A DNA stretch of 64,000 nucleotides from Eledone cirrhosa (Eukaryota): the NCBI GenBank assembly GCA_964016885.1, contig OZ024743.1, forward strand, positions 174,282,001-174,346,000, given 5' to 3'. Under the pieces are notes generated by a model. The model saw only the letters and a program-made list of their open reading frames with translations. It was not told where the DNA came from and searched no databases. The translations under genes and the position numbers were made by a program. Below, one piece after another: positions 1 to 44,418 of the stretch; position 1 is the stretch's first letter, and each line of letters opens with the position of its first letter.

Positions 1-119
1 CTGACAGGGTCCATAAAATAAAGTAACAATAATGCACTGGAGTCGATTTAATCGATTTTTCCCTTCCCTTCAAATTGCTGGCTGAGTGCCTATATAAGAA
101 ACCATTATTCACTTGAAGT

Positions 120-340
120 AAGGGCGGTGAATTGGCAGAATCGGTAGAGCGTCGGACAATATGCTTTGCAGCATAGAGTTATGACTGCATTCTGATTTCA
201 AATCCCACCAAGGTTAGCTTTGCCTTTCATCCTTGCTGGGTCGATAAAATAAAGTACCAGTAATGTACTGGGATCAATTTAATCAACTTTCCCCTTCCCT
301 TCAAATTGCTGGCCTTGTGCCTAAATCAGAAACCATTATT
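120..340 (+). mobile_element. tRNA-derived SINE with Deu/Nin-like core (family 1)
   Basis: A/B-box-like head plus GCCTTTCATCCTT.GGGGTCGATAAAATAAAGTACCAG core. Other copies at about 1-105, 10646-10830(-), 21480-21665(-), 23925-24090, 35675-35790, 40700-40807, 41528-41730, 43385-43683 and 47233-47402. Confidence 0.8.
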
Positions 341-791
341 ATTCATTTAATGAAGTATTTATTTGGAACATTCTGTCCAGCATTTATATGCATGGTCCTG
401 TAACTTCTGAGGGGGTTGTAGGGGCAGCATATTGACATACAGTGTTTCTAGGGCATTTAAAAACCTGGTGGAGCCCAATTCTCTCCAGGTTTGAATACAG
501 CAGATTTCTTCCAGAGAAAGATAAGAGAGTGAGGGAATGGAAGTGAGAAAGAGATATAGAACAAGTACTTGACTAGTACTTTTTTTATCAACCTCGAATG
601 GATGAGAGACAAAGTTGACCATGTCGAGATTTTAACTAAGAGATCTGGAACGAATGCAACAAACATTCTATCGGACGTTCTAACAACTCAATTCACTGCC
701 TTGCATAATTATATATCTGTATGGATTATATAGATTTAGTTATCTACTAAATGATTTGTCATTAATGTGGCTAACAATTTTCTTATTTCAG

Positions 792-851
792 ATTATAACA
801 AATACAAGTAGCAGAAGTGGTCTTTCGAGTAACCAAACCAGAACTAGTCCT
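792..851 (+). CDS. Putative internal exon of an upstream gene (IITNTSSRSGLSSNQTRTSP), or an ALG8 5'UTR exon
   Basis: ctaac branch plus ttttcttatttcag acceptor; only phase 0 is open; gtatga donor; unique sequence between repeats. Confidence 0.45.
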
Positions 852-897
852 GTATGAGTAATGCATCGTTATCTGATCTGGTTTGTCTCACAACGGG

Positions 898-1330
898 ATC
901 ATCATCATCATCATCACCGTTTTACGTCAGTTCTTCCACGCTAGCATGGGTTAGACGGGTTGTCCTGTTGTGGGCAGTGTCTGATCGGCTGACCTTATCT
1001 TGCTCATACAGGAACTGATTCTGGCTTGATTTCTACAGCTGGATGCCCTTCCTAACACCAACCTCATTTACAGTGAGTGCTGGGTGCTTTTTTTCCGTGG
1101 CGCCTACACGTCCACTTTACAGTTTGGGCTGGGTGCTTTTTTGCAGTGGGAGGGGGCAGGGGCATATTGTCTATATGCTTCAGCTTGTACCCATGGGAGG
1201 TCGGGTATTCTGTATCACTGCGTGACGCCAGAGGTCACGGTTGTGTGTCATCGCCTTTGAGAGGTGTAATTGGGTAAGGTCGGCTTTTATCACCTATCCC
1301 AGGTCTTCTTGGGTCTCCGCGGTTTCCATA
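898..1330 (-). mobile_element. RTE LINE 3' fragment (subfamily B)
   Basis: (ATC)n tail; near-identical to 12190-12660, 18635-19085 and 56206-56540. Confidence 0.85.
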
Positions 1331-1465
1331 ACTCGTCTAACCCATGCTAGCGTAGAAAAATGGACGTTAGAATAGTTAGTGAGCATTTTTATTTTGTTAG
1401 AGTCTTGATAATCCCACTTACACCGTTAAACCAATATCTGCTAATCTGCTTTCCTACTTTTGCAG

Positions 1466-1632
1466 ACGGCGAATCTATAATAGCAGAATTCGAAACGAAA
1501 AAGCTAGCATAACGCATTATCATATTTATAATATATTACATTTAAAAATACAAGTAATGATATTTATATGAATTTAAAATTCAAACAAAAGGTCATAGTT
1601 TGGTTTAAAATAATAAAAATAGCCCTAATAAA
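1466..1632 (+). other. Putative terminal exon of an upstream gene (TANL* in phase 0, DGESIIAEFETKKLA* in phase 1) with 3'UTR and poly(A) signals
   Basis: ctaat...ttcctacttttgcag acceptor; AATAAA at 1612 and 1627; T/G-rich tract at 1648-1680. Confidence 0.4.
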
Positions 1633-1701
1633 TCGTACTTCCTAGATTCTGTATTTAGTTAGCAAGTTTTGTTTTTACAGCCATATTTTCAGTTTGCAAA
1701 C

Positions 1702-33004
<31,303 letters not shown>

Positions 33005-35276
33005 AATTGACCACACACACACACATATTTCCTTTTGTCTTATCTCTTTTGTTTTTTTTTATTTATATTTTTTGTCAGTTTCACTTTGCTTTCTTCCTTA
33101 TAGCGGTCTAAGTAGTCGTCATCATCATCATCGATTTACATTTGTTTTCCATACTGACATGGGTTGGATGTGTTGTTACAGTTTCTTTTCTTCCTTACAG
33201 CTGACTAGATCATCATCATTACTTTAGATTTGTTTTCCATCTGACATAGGTTAGGCAGGTTGTCACAGTTCAACTCAATTCTTATTTGAAGTTACTGTCC
33301 CCTTAGATGGGTTGTGAGACCATGTGTTGCTCACACATTCCATTTTTGGTATGGATGCTCTTTCTAACATCAGCCACTTTACAGAGTATACTAGGTATAT
33401 TTTATTGTGGCACCAATACTAGACAATCCTCACCTCCTTGAGAAAACTAAGGAGTCTTATCAACTTGACATGTTCAATTGATGATCACTTTACAAAATGT
33501 ATTGAGTGCATTTTATTGTGGCACCAATACTAGAAAAGTTGCCTTGTTCCTGCAAGACTAAAGAATTGTCTGTGTGTCCTGTCTATAATGACAGTGATAC
33601 CAAACAATAATTATACTAAGATAATAAATCTTACTTTATATTTAGTTCCAACTCATGCAAGCATAGCAAAGTGGACGTAAAAATGATGATGATGATAATT
33701 AACTGAGTAGAAATCATTCCGTGTACAATTTAAAATAATTATAAAATGTTGTGTATTGAACTCATATCGAGTGTTATCTAACAAGTGTTATTTAATTGTT
33801 TAACAACAGCCAATCCTATCACAATCATGTGTTTCACATGTGCTCATGTTTTTGTCTCTATATTATGTTTCAGCTAAATGGGGCTAAATAATTCTATCCA
33901 ACAGGTTCGAAGTACAGTCTGACAGTTGCAACATATAGATTTTGCTTAAAGGAACCTAAGGGCCAAGTTGTGATTATAAACCTTTCTCTCTCCCTCTCAC
34001 TTATACTGTCTTTCTCTTTGCTCCCTTACTACTTCTGTTTTCTCTCATCTCTGCCTCTTTTTGCTCTCCCTATCTTGCCATCAATAAAGCCTCGGACATA
34101 TATTCAGCCGCTGGTTTGACTTCTCTCTCTCTCTCCCGGTTACTTATATGTGCTTCTCCTTGTGCCCCCTTATCAGTATGTTCTTTGCGTTTTTTTTTTT
34201 CTCTCTCCTTTTTTTCTATCCCCAATAACTTTGAAAAGTTGACACAATGGAGATAGACATATTGTCTTTAATGCATTGAAATATTAGTGACCTCCAGCAG
34301 ACAACTGAAGAGGAGACTGTCCCTTGTTTGTGCTTTCCTTTTATTTCTAAATACCCTTTATCAAGTAACCACACAGCCCCTTGTTTCTTCTAAATTTATA
34401 TATATATATATATATGTATAACTTGCACTTGATAAGTTTGATGCCAAGTGCTGCATGGCTGGAATGAAAATCAATGGTGGGAAAACTAAGACAATCATTC
34501 TCTCAAGGAAGCCTGTGCAGTGCACTCATCATATGAATGGAGTTCGACTTATGCAGGTGGAGAAGTTCAAGTATCTCAGGGCCATATTTATGAGTGAAGG
34601 AGGCTGAATTAAGTGCAAGAATTGAAGGAGCTGGTGCAGTAATGTGCCAGCTTCAGCATTCGGTAATCAGAAAAAGGGAAGTAGGTGTAAAAGCCAAACT
34701 TGCTATCTTTAATTCAGTATTTGTTCCAACCCTTTCCTATGGTCATGAATCTTAGGTAATAACCGAAAGAATATGATCATGTATGGGGTTCCTCTGATCC
34801 GAAGGGTCTTTGTATAACGTTACTCGATAGAGTGTGTAGTATGGAGATCAGAGAGTAACTCCAGGTAGAGTCACTACTTCTCCGAATTGATTGATCACAG
34901 CTCCAATACTATGGACATGTGGTTAGAATGGCTCAGGAAAGATTCTATGGGCAAAGCCAACTGGTAGGAGACCCAAGATTGGATAACATCCATGAGCTTG
35001 GCTGGTCTCCCTTGGCGATCCAGCTGGATCAGTTGGAGATGGTTGCTTCTGATTGGACCTGCTGGAAGGAGTATTTGAGGACTCTACTCCCACGACCTGC
35101 TCAGGACTAAGTGGGCAAAGAAGATGTATTGTATGCATATATATAGTGTGGGTAGAACAGTGAATTACACCTATGGGTTACCTTGAGCCAAACATGTGTG
35201 AAATACACATAACAGGTTGATACAAAATAAATATTTTTTATATGTAAATGAAACTTCGTTTTTTCTATTATGTAGA

Positions 35277-35885
35277 CTAGCAGAAAAACCACTGTTCGGG
35301 TGGTTTTTCTGCTAGCTTGTGTAGTGTGTATATTGATATTATACGCAAGTATATATACATGTAGATATGATGCATCAAATAAAATCGTAATTGACAATAT
35401 ATAATACATAGAAATTGAACGAAGACTGTGTTACAATGTCTTATTTAATCAGTAATATAATCCATGATACATTAAAAAAGACGATATTATATATAAACTG
35501 CATTAGGAGAAAATTAATGGCAGAAATATATTAATGTTTATTTAAACAATGACCAACCGGAAGTGTTGACATTTCAGAAATTTTAAAGAAGTGAATCTTT
35601 AAATAAACAAAATATATTTAATCAATAGCCACAAAATTTAGTAGATAAATCATGTAATATTCATTCATTATTTATTCAAATCCCGTCGAGGTTAACTTTG
35701 CCTTTCATCCTTACGGGGTCGATAAAATAAAGTACCAGTAATACACTGGGATAATTGCTGGCCTTGTGCCAAAAGTAGAAACAATTATTTATTCAAAGTA
35801 ATCCAACTTATTTTACTAATGGGCTAAAAAAATTATAAACCGTACACAGTCCCGCACGCACTCTTTACTTTATTATAGTTTAAGA
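35277..35885 (-). mobile_element. Non-autonomous Helitron-like element with a nested SINE fragment
   Basis: On the minus strand, 5' TC and 3' hairpin plus CTAG; inverted homolog of 39449-40609. Confidence 0.65.
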
Positions 35886-36136
35886 TATATGTTTGTATGT
35901 ATTTTCATCATTTCATTTTACGTCCACTTTTCCCTGCTTGCAAGGGTGGGACGGGAACTGATTCTGGCTTGATTTCTACAGCTGGATGCCCTTCCTAACA
36001 CCAACCTCATTTACAGTGAGTGCTGGGTGCTTATTTGCCGTGACACCTCCACGACCACTTTGCAGTGGAATGATATGGACCCCAGTTCCTATCATCTCAT
36101 TTCTACAGCTGAGTAAACTGTATATACATATATATA

Positions 36137-37003
36137 TATATCATAAATCATGTCTTTAGAATCATCAGATATTAAAATATATACTATTTCTTCTTCTAAT
36201 TAGCATAATTAACCATATACAAAATCAAATCTAGCAAGCTTTAAGAATAAATTTTCTTATGGGGAAATCTCCGACAAACAATTGATCGTAGCCTCTTCGC
36301 GGCAGCCCCGTTCCATTATTTATCCAACATTTCGGCAGTATGCAGAATCCAACCAAATATACCATCAACCACACACAATTAGTAGTAAAATTAAACTTAG
36401 AAGAAATGCGCACATACCGTAATTATATCTCTACCATGGTTTCTTCCTTATTTAGGACATCCAAATAATATGAATTTCCAGAGTTAGGTTTCATCAGGAG
36501 ATACTCAAAATCAGACATTTAGTTTTTCTAACCGATCCCGCCAAATTTAGATTCAAAAATGGGTAAAAATCGCTATGTAGCTGTGTACCAGCCAGAGAGA
36601 AAGAGTGTGATTGGTTGCTTATGGCGGGTGGGCTTGCTGCTAGAAAGCGCAGCCATATATCGCCAAATTTAATCTCAACCAATTGGGAGATTATTAAATA
36701 TAAAGGTTATCATATACATAAAGTTATAGATATATATATGTTGCAACTGTTCACTTTTAAGCTCTATGAAGAATTAATAAATTAAAATCAAAAAATCAGA
36801 GCATTATATCATAAATCATGTCTTTAGAATCATCAGATATTAAAATATATACTATTTCTTCTAATTAGCATAATTAACCATATACAAAATCAAATCTAGC
36901 AAGCTTTAAGAATAAATTTTCTTATGGGGAAATCTCCGACAAACAATTGATCGTAGCCTCTTCGCGGCAGCCCCGTTCCATTATTTATCCAACATTTCGG
37001 CAG
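36137..37003 (+). repeat. ~200-bp near-identical direct duplication (36137-36338 and 36805-37003)
   Basis: tatatcataaatcatgtc...caacatttcggcag occurs twice. Confidence 0.9.
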
Positions 37004-37986
37004 CATGCCGAATACATATATATACAAACATATATATATATATATATATGTTTGTATATATATGTATTAGGTTCACGCTTGAGAGTGGAGGGGTGGGGGA
37101 CATTATTATATAAATATGGTTTTACTACATCCTATTTAGTACATTTCCTGGGACATTTGAACTTTTCACACCTACCCAAAGAATTCAGCAATATTCAAAA
37201 CAATGTCATTTTCTTGATTCCTTTCCTTTCCTCCTTACCCACTCTACCCTGCTCTTAATTTCAACCCTCTTCTTTTCTGTCCTTCACTTTATACCTTCTA
37301 TACCCTCTCAACCGTATATGGCAAACATCAAAACCTTCACAGATACCAATGGTCAAAGAATAATTGTTCCACATCCCAGCACACAGATTGATAATGTGAA
37401 ACTCTTTACCCCCACTCCCTCTCCTCTCTACTATCACACTAATTGACTGTATTTCATTCTATTTTTAACTTATTTACATTTTCTTAAAAGAAAATCCCAA
37501 TGCTGAATAGTGAGGTAGTTGACTTCCACTATTATAGGCTTTCTAATGAAGTGTAATTGATAATTAAGTATTACATATGATTGAACAATATATATTGTAG
37601 TCAGCATATGTAGACTATTATAATAGACACAGAGACATCTTAAAGCAAATAAATTCCTAATCTCCTTCACACCAACATTTTATTTTTCTTGGTGCAATAC
37701 ATGCTTATCATCATACGTCCGCTTTTCCCTGCTTGCAAGGGTGGGACGAGTCCTATTCAGCACAGCATCTCTCCACTTGTCACGGTCTTTCGTCATTTCC
37801 TCCATGAGTTTCAGCGATCTGAGATTTGCTCTCACCACCTCCACCCATGTTTTTCGTGGTCTTCCTTCTACTGGGATTTCTTGGCACTTCTTTTATATAT
37901 ATATTATTCATATATATATATATTATTTATATATACATATATATTTATATATATATATATTATGTATATATTACATATATATAATA

Positions 37987-39437
37987 TCTATACATATATA
38001 TAAAACTGTATTTGTCTGTGTGTGTGTCCTCATTTTTGCAAAGTCTATACAAATTCACATTTCTACTCCGATTGACTTCAAACTTGCATTTATATATTCC
38101 TTGCGGTCTAAAGATATTAACTACAGCTTTTATTTTTCAATTTTCTGTTGTTAAAGGGGTGTTAGGCGCCGGTTAGCGATCTCTCTCTCTTTCTTAGTCC
38201 CTCTTTTTAGATAGATACATAGCTATAACGTCGCGCCCTTATAATATCTGTCTGGATATCTGCATTACGACATTATGAAAACATTGTTCTCATTGCTGAC
38301 GTATTGTCTTCGCTATTTTCCGTTCATTGCCAGGGAATGTCTTCATGAACCAAAGTATCATCTTCCTGTTTTCCTTCGGTTGCAACGTTTTTCGAAATAT
38401 TTACTTCTGCGCTCACAGATTGATTTTTTTAGTTTCAGAAGATCCCGTTAAAGGTGAAAGCAGCGATTCTTTGCTTAAACTTTAATCTGTTATTTTAATA
38501 TATATATATATATAATTATATATTCGTGTACAGATATTTTTGCATACACAAAAACAAAATATAAACAAACGTATTTATTTCACGAAAGCACAGACTGCTT
38601 ATCGTCATTGTTACTGCTGATATGCTACCCAAAGAGTCCCACTACTTTTGGCACAAGGCCAGCAATTACATAGTCAATGGTTTGGAAATCACATGCATCA
38701 CTGACGAGTTTACTCCTTACTCTACCATTTAGTGTAGTCTTAGTGTACTTCGTCCTGCTTTTAGGTCATGCCCCGAAAGAAGAGATACTCCATTGGCCGA
38801 AATACTGCGAAAGCGGCAAGAAAAAGAACAAGGTGGGCAAACAAATCATCAGTGGAATCTGCTATTCGACGGTCGCAAGATGCTGAACGTACTGCCACCA
38901 GAAGAGCACTTGAAACAGACAACCAACAAACCATTCGCCGAACTGTGTCAGCTTTGCAATGCCTATCAACAAATCCCAGGGTCAGACCCTAGCTGTTGCT
39001 GGTCATCTTTTGGAAGAGTCATGTTTTTCACACGGGCAACTATACGTTGGCTGCTCAAGAGAAGCAAGACAAATCTCTTTGCATATGCCTGACACGGAAG
39101 AACAAGGAACATTGTGTTGAAGGAGGTGCTACAATCATTGTTTAGGTAGACGAGGCAGAAGGGGATATACACGATTGGCTGAAGAAGGGCGAGACTGTAT
39201 TAGTAGTACGACCAACGACTGCTATCACACCAACAGCAGCAAAAACAACAAAAAAGAGAGGGAACGCAATTACATGCTTTTGCAAAATCTTGATGGAAAA
39301 TTATTTGCCTAAGCACAAAATGTAGACACCATCCCCAGGCCGAGGTATTCCGTACTTCTCTGTATTGTTTCAGAAAGGAGGGACAAACATGTCAATCTAT
39401 GTTTAGAAGCCCGAGTAACGCCAGGCCATTCTGCAAG
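37987..39437 (+). mobile_element. Internally deleted Helitron (RepHel N-terminus plus PIF1-type helicase C-terminus)
   Basis: A|TCTATAC start; MPRKKRYSIGR... at 38768; FAMPINKSQGQTL...FSHGQLYVGCSR at 38953-39060; RTRNIVLKEVL; 3' gcccgagtaacgccaggc hairpin plus CAAG|T. Confidence 0.88.
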
Positions 39438-39448
39438 TATATATTATA

Positions 39449-40609
39449 TCTAAACTATAATAAAGTAAGAAGCGCAGGACTGCGTACGGTTTATAATTTT
39501 TTTTATCCCCTTAGGAAAATAAGTTGGATTACTTTGAATAAATAATGAATGAATGTTACATAATTTATCTACTAAATTTTGTGGCTGTTCATTAAATATA
39601 TTTTATTACTTATTTAAAGATTTACTTCTTTAAAATCTTCAAATGTCAACACTTCCGGTATTCATATATTTCTGTCACTAATTTTCTCCTAATGCAGTTT
39701 ATTGTCTTTTTTTAATGTATCATGGATTACGTTACTGATTACATAAGACAGTGTAACGCAGTCTTCGTTCAATTTCTGTGTATATGGAGGCACATGGCTT
39801 AGTGGTTAGTGAATTGGCCTTGCAATCGAAAGGTTGTGAGTTCAATTCTCAGACCGGGTGATGTGTTGTTTCCTTGCGCAAGACACTTTATTTCACATTG
39901 CTCCAGTTTACTCAACTGTAGAAATGAGATGATAGGACTGGCGTCCCTATCATTCCACTGCAAAGTGGTTGTGGAGGTGCCACGGCAAAAAAGCACCTAG
40001 CCCACACTGTAAATGAGGTTGGTGTTAGGAAGGGCATCCATGTGTAGAAATCAAGCCAGAATCAGTTCCCGTCCCACACTTGCAGGCAGGGAAAAGTGGA
40101 CGTAAAATGATGATGATATCTACATGCATATATATACTTGCATATAATATCAATATACACATGGAGACACTTTATTTCACATTGCTCCAGTTTACTCAGC
40201 TGTAGAAATGAGATGATAGGACTGGGGTCCCTATCATTCCACTGCAAAGTGGTCGTGGAGGTGCCACGGGAAAAAAGCACCCAGCACTCACTGTAAATGA
40301 GGTTGGTGTTAGGAAGGGCATCCAGCTGTAGAAATCAAGCCAAAATCAGTTCCCGTCCCACCCTTGCAAGCAGGGAAAAAGCGGACGTAAAAATGAAATG
40401 ACACTACACATGCTAGCAGATATATAATAGTCTTTTTTTAATGTATCATGGATTACGTTACTGATTACATAAGACAGTGTAACGCAGTCTTCGTTCAATT
40501 TCTGTGTATTTGATGTATCATATCTACATGTATATATACTTGCGTATAATATCAATATACACACTACACATGCTAGCAGAAACCCACCCGATGGTAGTTT
40601 TCCTGCTAG
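39449..40609 (+). mobile_element. Non-autonomous Helitron-like element with two nested SINEs
   Basis: A|TCTAAACTATAA start; ctagcagaaacccacc-cgat-ggtagttttcctgCTAG|T end. Confidence 0.7.
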
Positions 40610-41240
40610 TATATATAATATATATCATATATATTATATTTATAATATATATTCATATATATATTATATATATAATATATTATATATATATAATATATTA
40701 ATCCCGTCGAGGTTAACTTTGCCTTTCATCCTTAGGGGGTCGATAAAATAAAGTACCAGCAATGCACTGGGTAATTGCTGGCCTTGTGCCAAAAGTAGAA
40801 ACAATTATATATATATAATTTATATTTATATATTTATACCCGGTCCCACTACCCCCACACTACCCCTTTCGATGTAAAGTTATGTTGGTACCACAACATC
40901 CAGTTTAAAATAAACGAGGTCGTGTAGGTGTCAAGATAAAAAAAAACACACAGCCAACGCTGTAATGTGGCTGTGTAGGTAACACGATAAAAACCTCCCA
41001 GTCCACACTGTGAACGTGGTTGGTGTTAGGAAGGGCATCCAGCCGTAGAAAACCCACCAGACAGTCCTATACGAGCAAGACAACCAATCCTGTCTCAAGT
41101 GGGAAAATTCCCGTCCAAACCCATGCAAGCGTGGAAGATGGATGTTAAACGATGATGATGATGATTTATATTTATATATATTATATATTTATATACATAT
41201 ATATTTATATTTATATATATTTATATATATAAATATATAT

Positions 41241-41274
<34 letters not shown>

Positions 41275-42042
41275 AAAGGTAAACAGAAATAACAACACAA
41301 TCGGTACAGTATATGGAAGGGATATATTAAGTTAACGCTTGATATAGCAGGAAGAGGGTTTTAACGTTTCGGACACTAGTCCTTCATCAGAAGAAAGAAT
41401 GAGAAATAAGATAGATTGAGGGGACAGGTGGGTTGGAATTGGAAAACATGTCTTTAGATATATTTATATACATTCTATATATATAGATATTTTTATACAT
41501 ATATTATATTTATATATATATATATAATAATTGTTTCTACTTTTGGCACAAGGCCAGCAATTATCTCAGTTCATTACTGGTACTTTATTTTATCGATCCC
41601 ATAAGGCTGAAAGGCAAAGTTTACCTCGGCGTGATTAACTTTGCCTTTCATCCTTATGGGTCGATAAAATAAAGTACCAGTAACGAACTGGGATAATTGC
41701 TGGCCTTGTGCCAAAAGTAGAAACAATTATTATTACATATATATATATATATGTGTGTGTGTAATAATAATAAGCATGGACGTTTATTCAGGTGTGATAT
41801 ATGTTCCCGATTGATCAGCTCAAGGTTCAATCTCTATCAATCAAGCCTGACTCTGGAGTCAACAGCTCATCAGACTTCTGTTATCACAATGATGGAATGA
41901 TTCCCTTACAGCGTTAAAAAAAATATCATCATTAAATGATGATGATGATATATGTATGTATATTTAGGGATTGTAACACCCAGTTACTATAGGTTCACCA
42001 GAGTGAGAATTCATGTAGTTTCCAGTAAGTATAGAGGTGTAG

Positions 42043-43135
42043 TAATAATAATAATAATGAAATTATTATGTAAAATGCTCAGGTGCATTACAACTCATCA
42101 AAGGTGCATGTATAGTACATAGAATAATGTATAAATGTCAGGAAAGTGAACAACGTATGAGTCATGATATACATACAGATACATGCATGCGTGTGTATAG
42201 ATGGGGGATATCAGGTGTAGTGTTGGCAAATTTCAGGAAGCATGGACAACTGATGCAGGTAGTTTGTTCCATGCTTCAGCACCTCTGAGCAGGAAAAGAT
42301 GTTTCCAAAAGCCATAGGAGCTGTGCAGTTTTCTGGTTTTGTAGGCATGCCCATGGGTGTTAGACACATGGTATTTAAAAAGGTACCCTGGCTTGTTGGC
42401 AAGATGGTTAATAATTTTGTGGGTGTTTACCAAGTTAGTTGCCAGACGTTGGAGCTTCAATGTATCCATGTCCAAGGAAGCAAGTTATTCAGAGTATGGT
42501 ATATGCCTGATGGAGGGTATTTGCTTGGTTGCACATCTCTGAACAGTTTCCAGGAGATCAATATACTGAGCAAGATAGGGGTTCCAGACTGGTGATGCAA
42601 ATTCTAAGTGTGGCTGCATCATGGATATATACAACTTTAAATAGATAGATAGATGGAGTGGCTGACAAAGATCTTGCTGAGTGATGCAAAGACACCCTCA
42701 GCCTTCTTGACAATTTTAGAGATGTGCTTTGTCCAACACAAATCGCTGCTGACAGTAATGCCTAGGTCACGTTCAGAAGACTTCTTGAGATTAGTGTTGT
42801 GGAGGGAGTATGTGGACACTGGGTTTTTATTCCCAAAATGCAAGGTCCACAGCCAGCTTGAGTTGCCAGTCCGTGATCCATTGTTGCATTATGTCCAGGT
42901 CTGATTGCAAGAAAGATCTATAGCGTTCAGGATCTGTCCTATTTATCTCAAGGTACAGCTTGATATCATCTGCATATTTTAATCACTGTGGCATTCTTTA
43001 AGTTGGCATCTATGTCATTAATGTATGTAACAAAAAAAAGGGGACCAAGAACAGATCCCTGCAGTACACCAGATGACATCTCATAGGGTGAAGAATGCTG
43101 TCCTAGAACCGTGACTACCTCCTTTCGACTGAGTG
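42043..43135 (-). mobile_element. Degenerate CR1/L2-type LINE, same family as 4592-5915
   Basis: Same tail and RT motifs, with multiple indels. Confidence 0.88.
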
Positions 43136-43149
43136 TAATAATAATAATA

Positions 43150-43386
43150 AAAAGGACGATTTGTTATGTATTCATTATGTTTATTGAGTAGTGGCGCGCG
43201 TTTCGCCACTGATCAGCTGAAGGTTCGATCTGGAATCAAAAGCTCGTCGGATTTCTGTTGTGGTAATGACATTACCACAACGAGCTTTCGATTCCAGACT
43301 ATGGCCAAATCGAACTTTGAGCTGATCAGTAGCGAAACACGCGTCACTTCTCAATAAACGTAATGAAGACATAACAAATGTCCTTT
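43150..43386. mobile_element. Palindromic foldback element
   Basis: aaaaggac..tttgttatg...gatcagct pairs with agctgatc...cataacaaatgtcctttt; central gttgtggtaatg-a-cattaccacaac. Confidence 0.85.
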
Positions 43387-44256
43387 TGCCTTTCATCCTT
43401 ACGGGGTCGATAAAATAAACTACCAATAATGTACTGGGTTATTGCTGGCCTTGTGCCTAATATAGAAACAATTATGTATATATAAGAGGAGACACGGCGG
43501 TGGATTGGCAGTATCGGTAGAGAGTCGGACGCCATGCTTTCCAGCAAAGTTACGTCCCTTTACGGTCTGAGTTCAAATCCCGCCGAGGTTGACTTTGCCT
43601 TTCATCCTTACGGGGTCGATAAAATAAAGTACCAGTAATGTACTGGTTAATTGCTGGCCTTGTGCCTAAAGTAGAAACAATTATGTATATATATATATAT
43701 GTATGTATATATGTGTATTTATATAAATATGTATATATGTCTTTTATACGCATGAGTACCTGCTTCGGATGTTATATTCTCGGCTGGTCAACATTAAAAC
43801 TACTCATCGAGTGAGGGAAGGGGGAAAAAGAGGAGACGTAACTAGAGTGGAAACGCCGAAATAAACCATTGCGTCAAAGAGTTATCTTAAATGCCATCAG
43901 CTAAAGGGCCGTAACTCTGAACATCTTACACTTCAGAAATACATAATTATGCATTATTGTTTTATAAATAGCCTCCTATATATACATTAGATTCTAGCTA
44001 ACAGTTCTTCTTTTAGACATAAGATACTACTATACATGTTTACGTACAGATATATGTGTAGATGAAGTTTGCTTGCCTCGCTTTTCGAAAAGTTGAACTC
44101 TTTCTTATCCGTCCTCTTAATCATTTTTAAACAAACACGTTGAAATATTCGACATTACATTACCGTAATCATTGTTATTAATATTATTATGTGTTATTTG
44201 TTACTGTTGACATTATCTGCTATCATTTTCGCTGTTTACGTCTTACCTTCGCTAAC

Positions 44257-44418
44257 ATGGATTCTACAACAACTACAAGTTCTCCCGATAATTGTCTCAA
44301 CAACCAACCCGAGATACCTTCATTGCCTGACATGGCAACAATCCCAGTTAACACCGATAGTGATTCCGATATGCAGTATGAAGATTGCCAAGCTTTCCTA
44401 ATGTCATCGGCTTTTGTG
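44257..44418 (+). CDS. Putative first coding exon of an unidentified gene (MDSTTTTSSPDNCLNNQPEIPSLPDMATIPVNTDSDSDMQYEDCQAFLMSSAFV)
   Basis: gctaacATGG start context; 54 protein-like codons; GTG|gtaatt donor, phase 0; non-repetitive sequence upstream. Confidence 0.55.

Noticed and set aside
38953-39060. Host PIF1 helicase exon
   Set aside because: Enclosed by Helitron termini, frameshifted, and without splice support.
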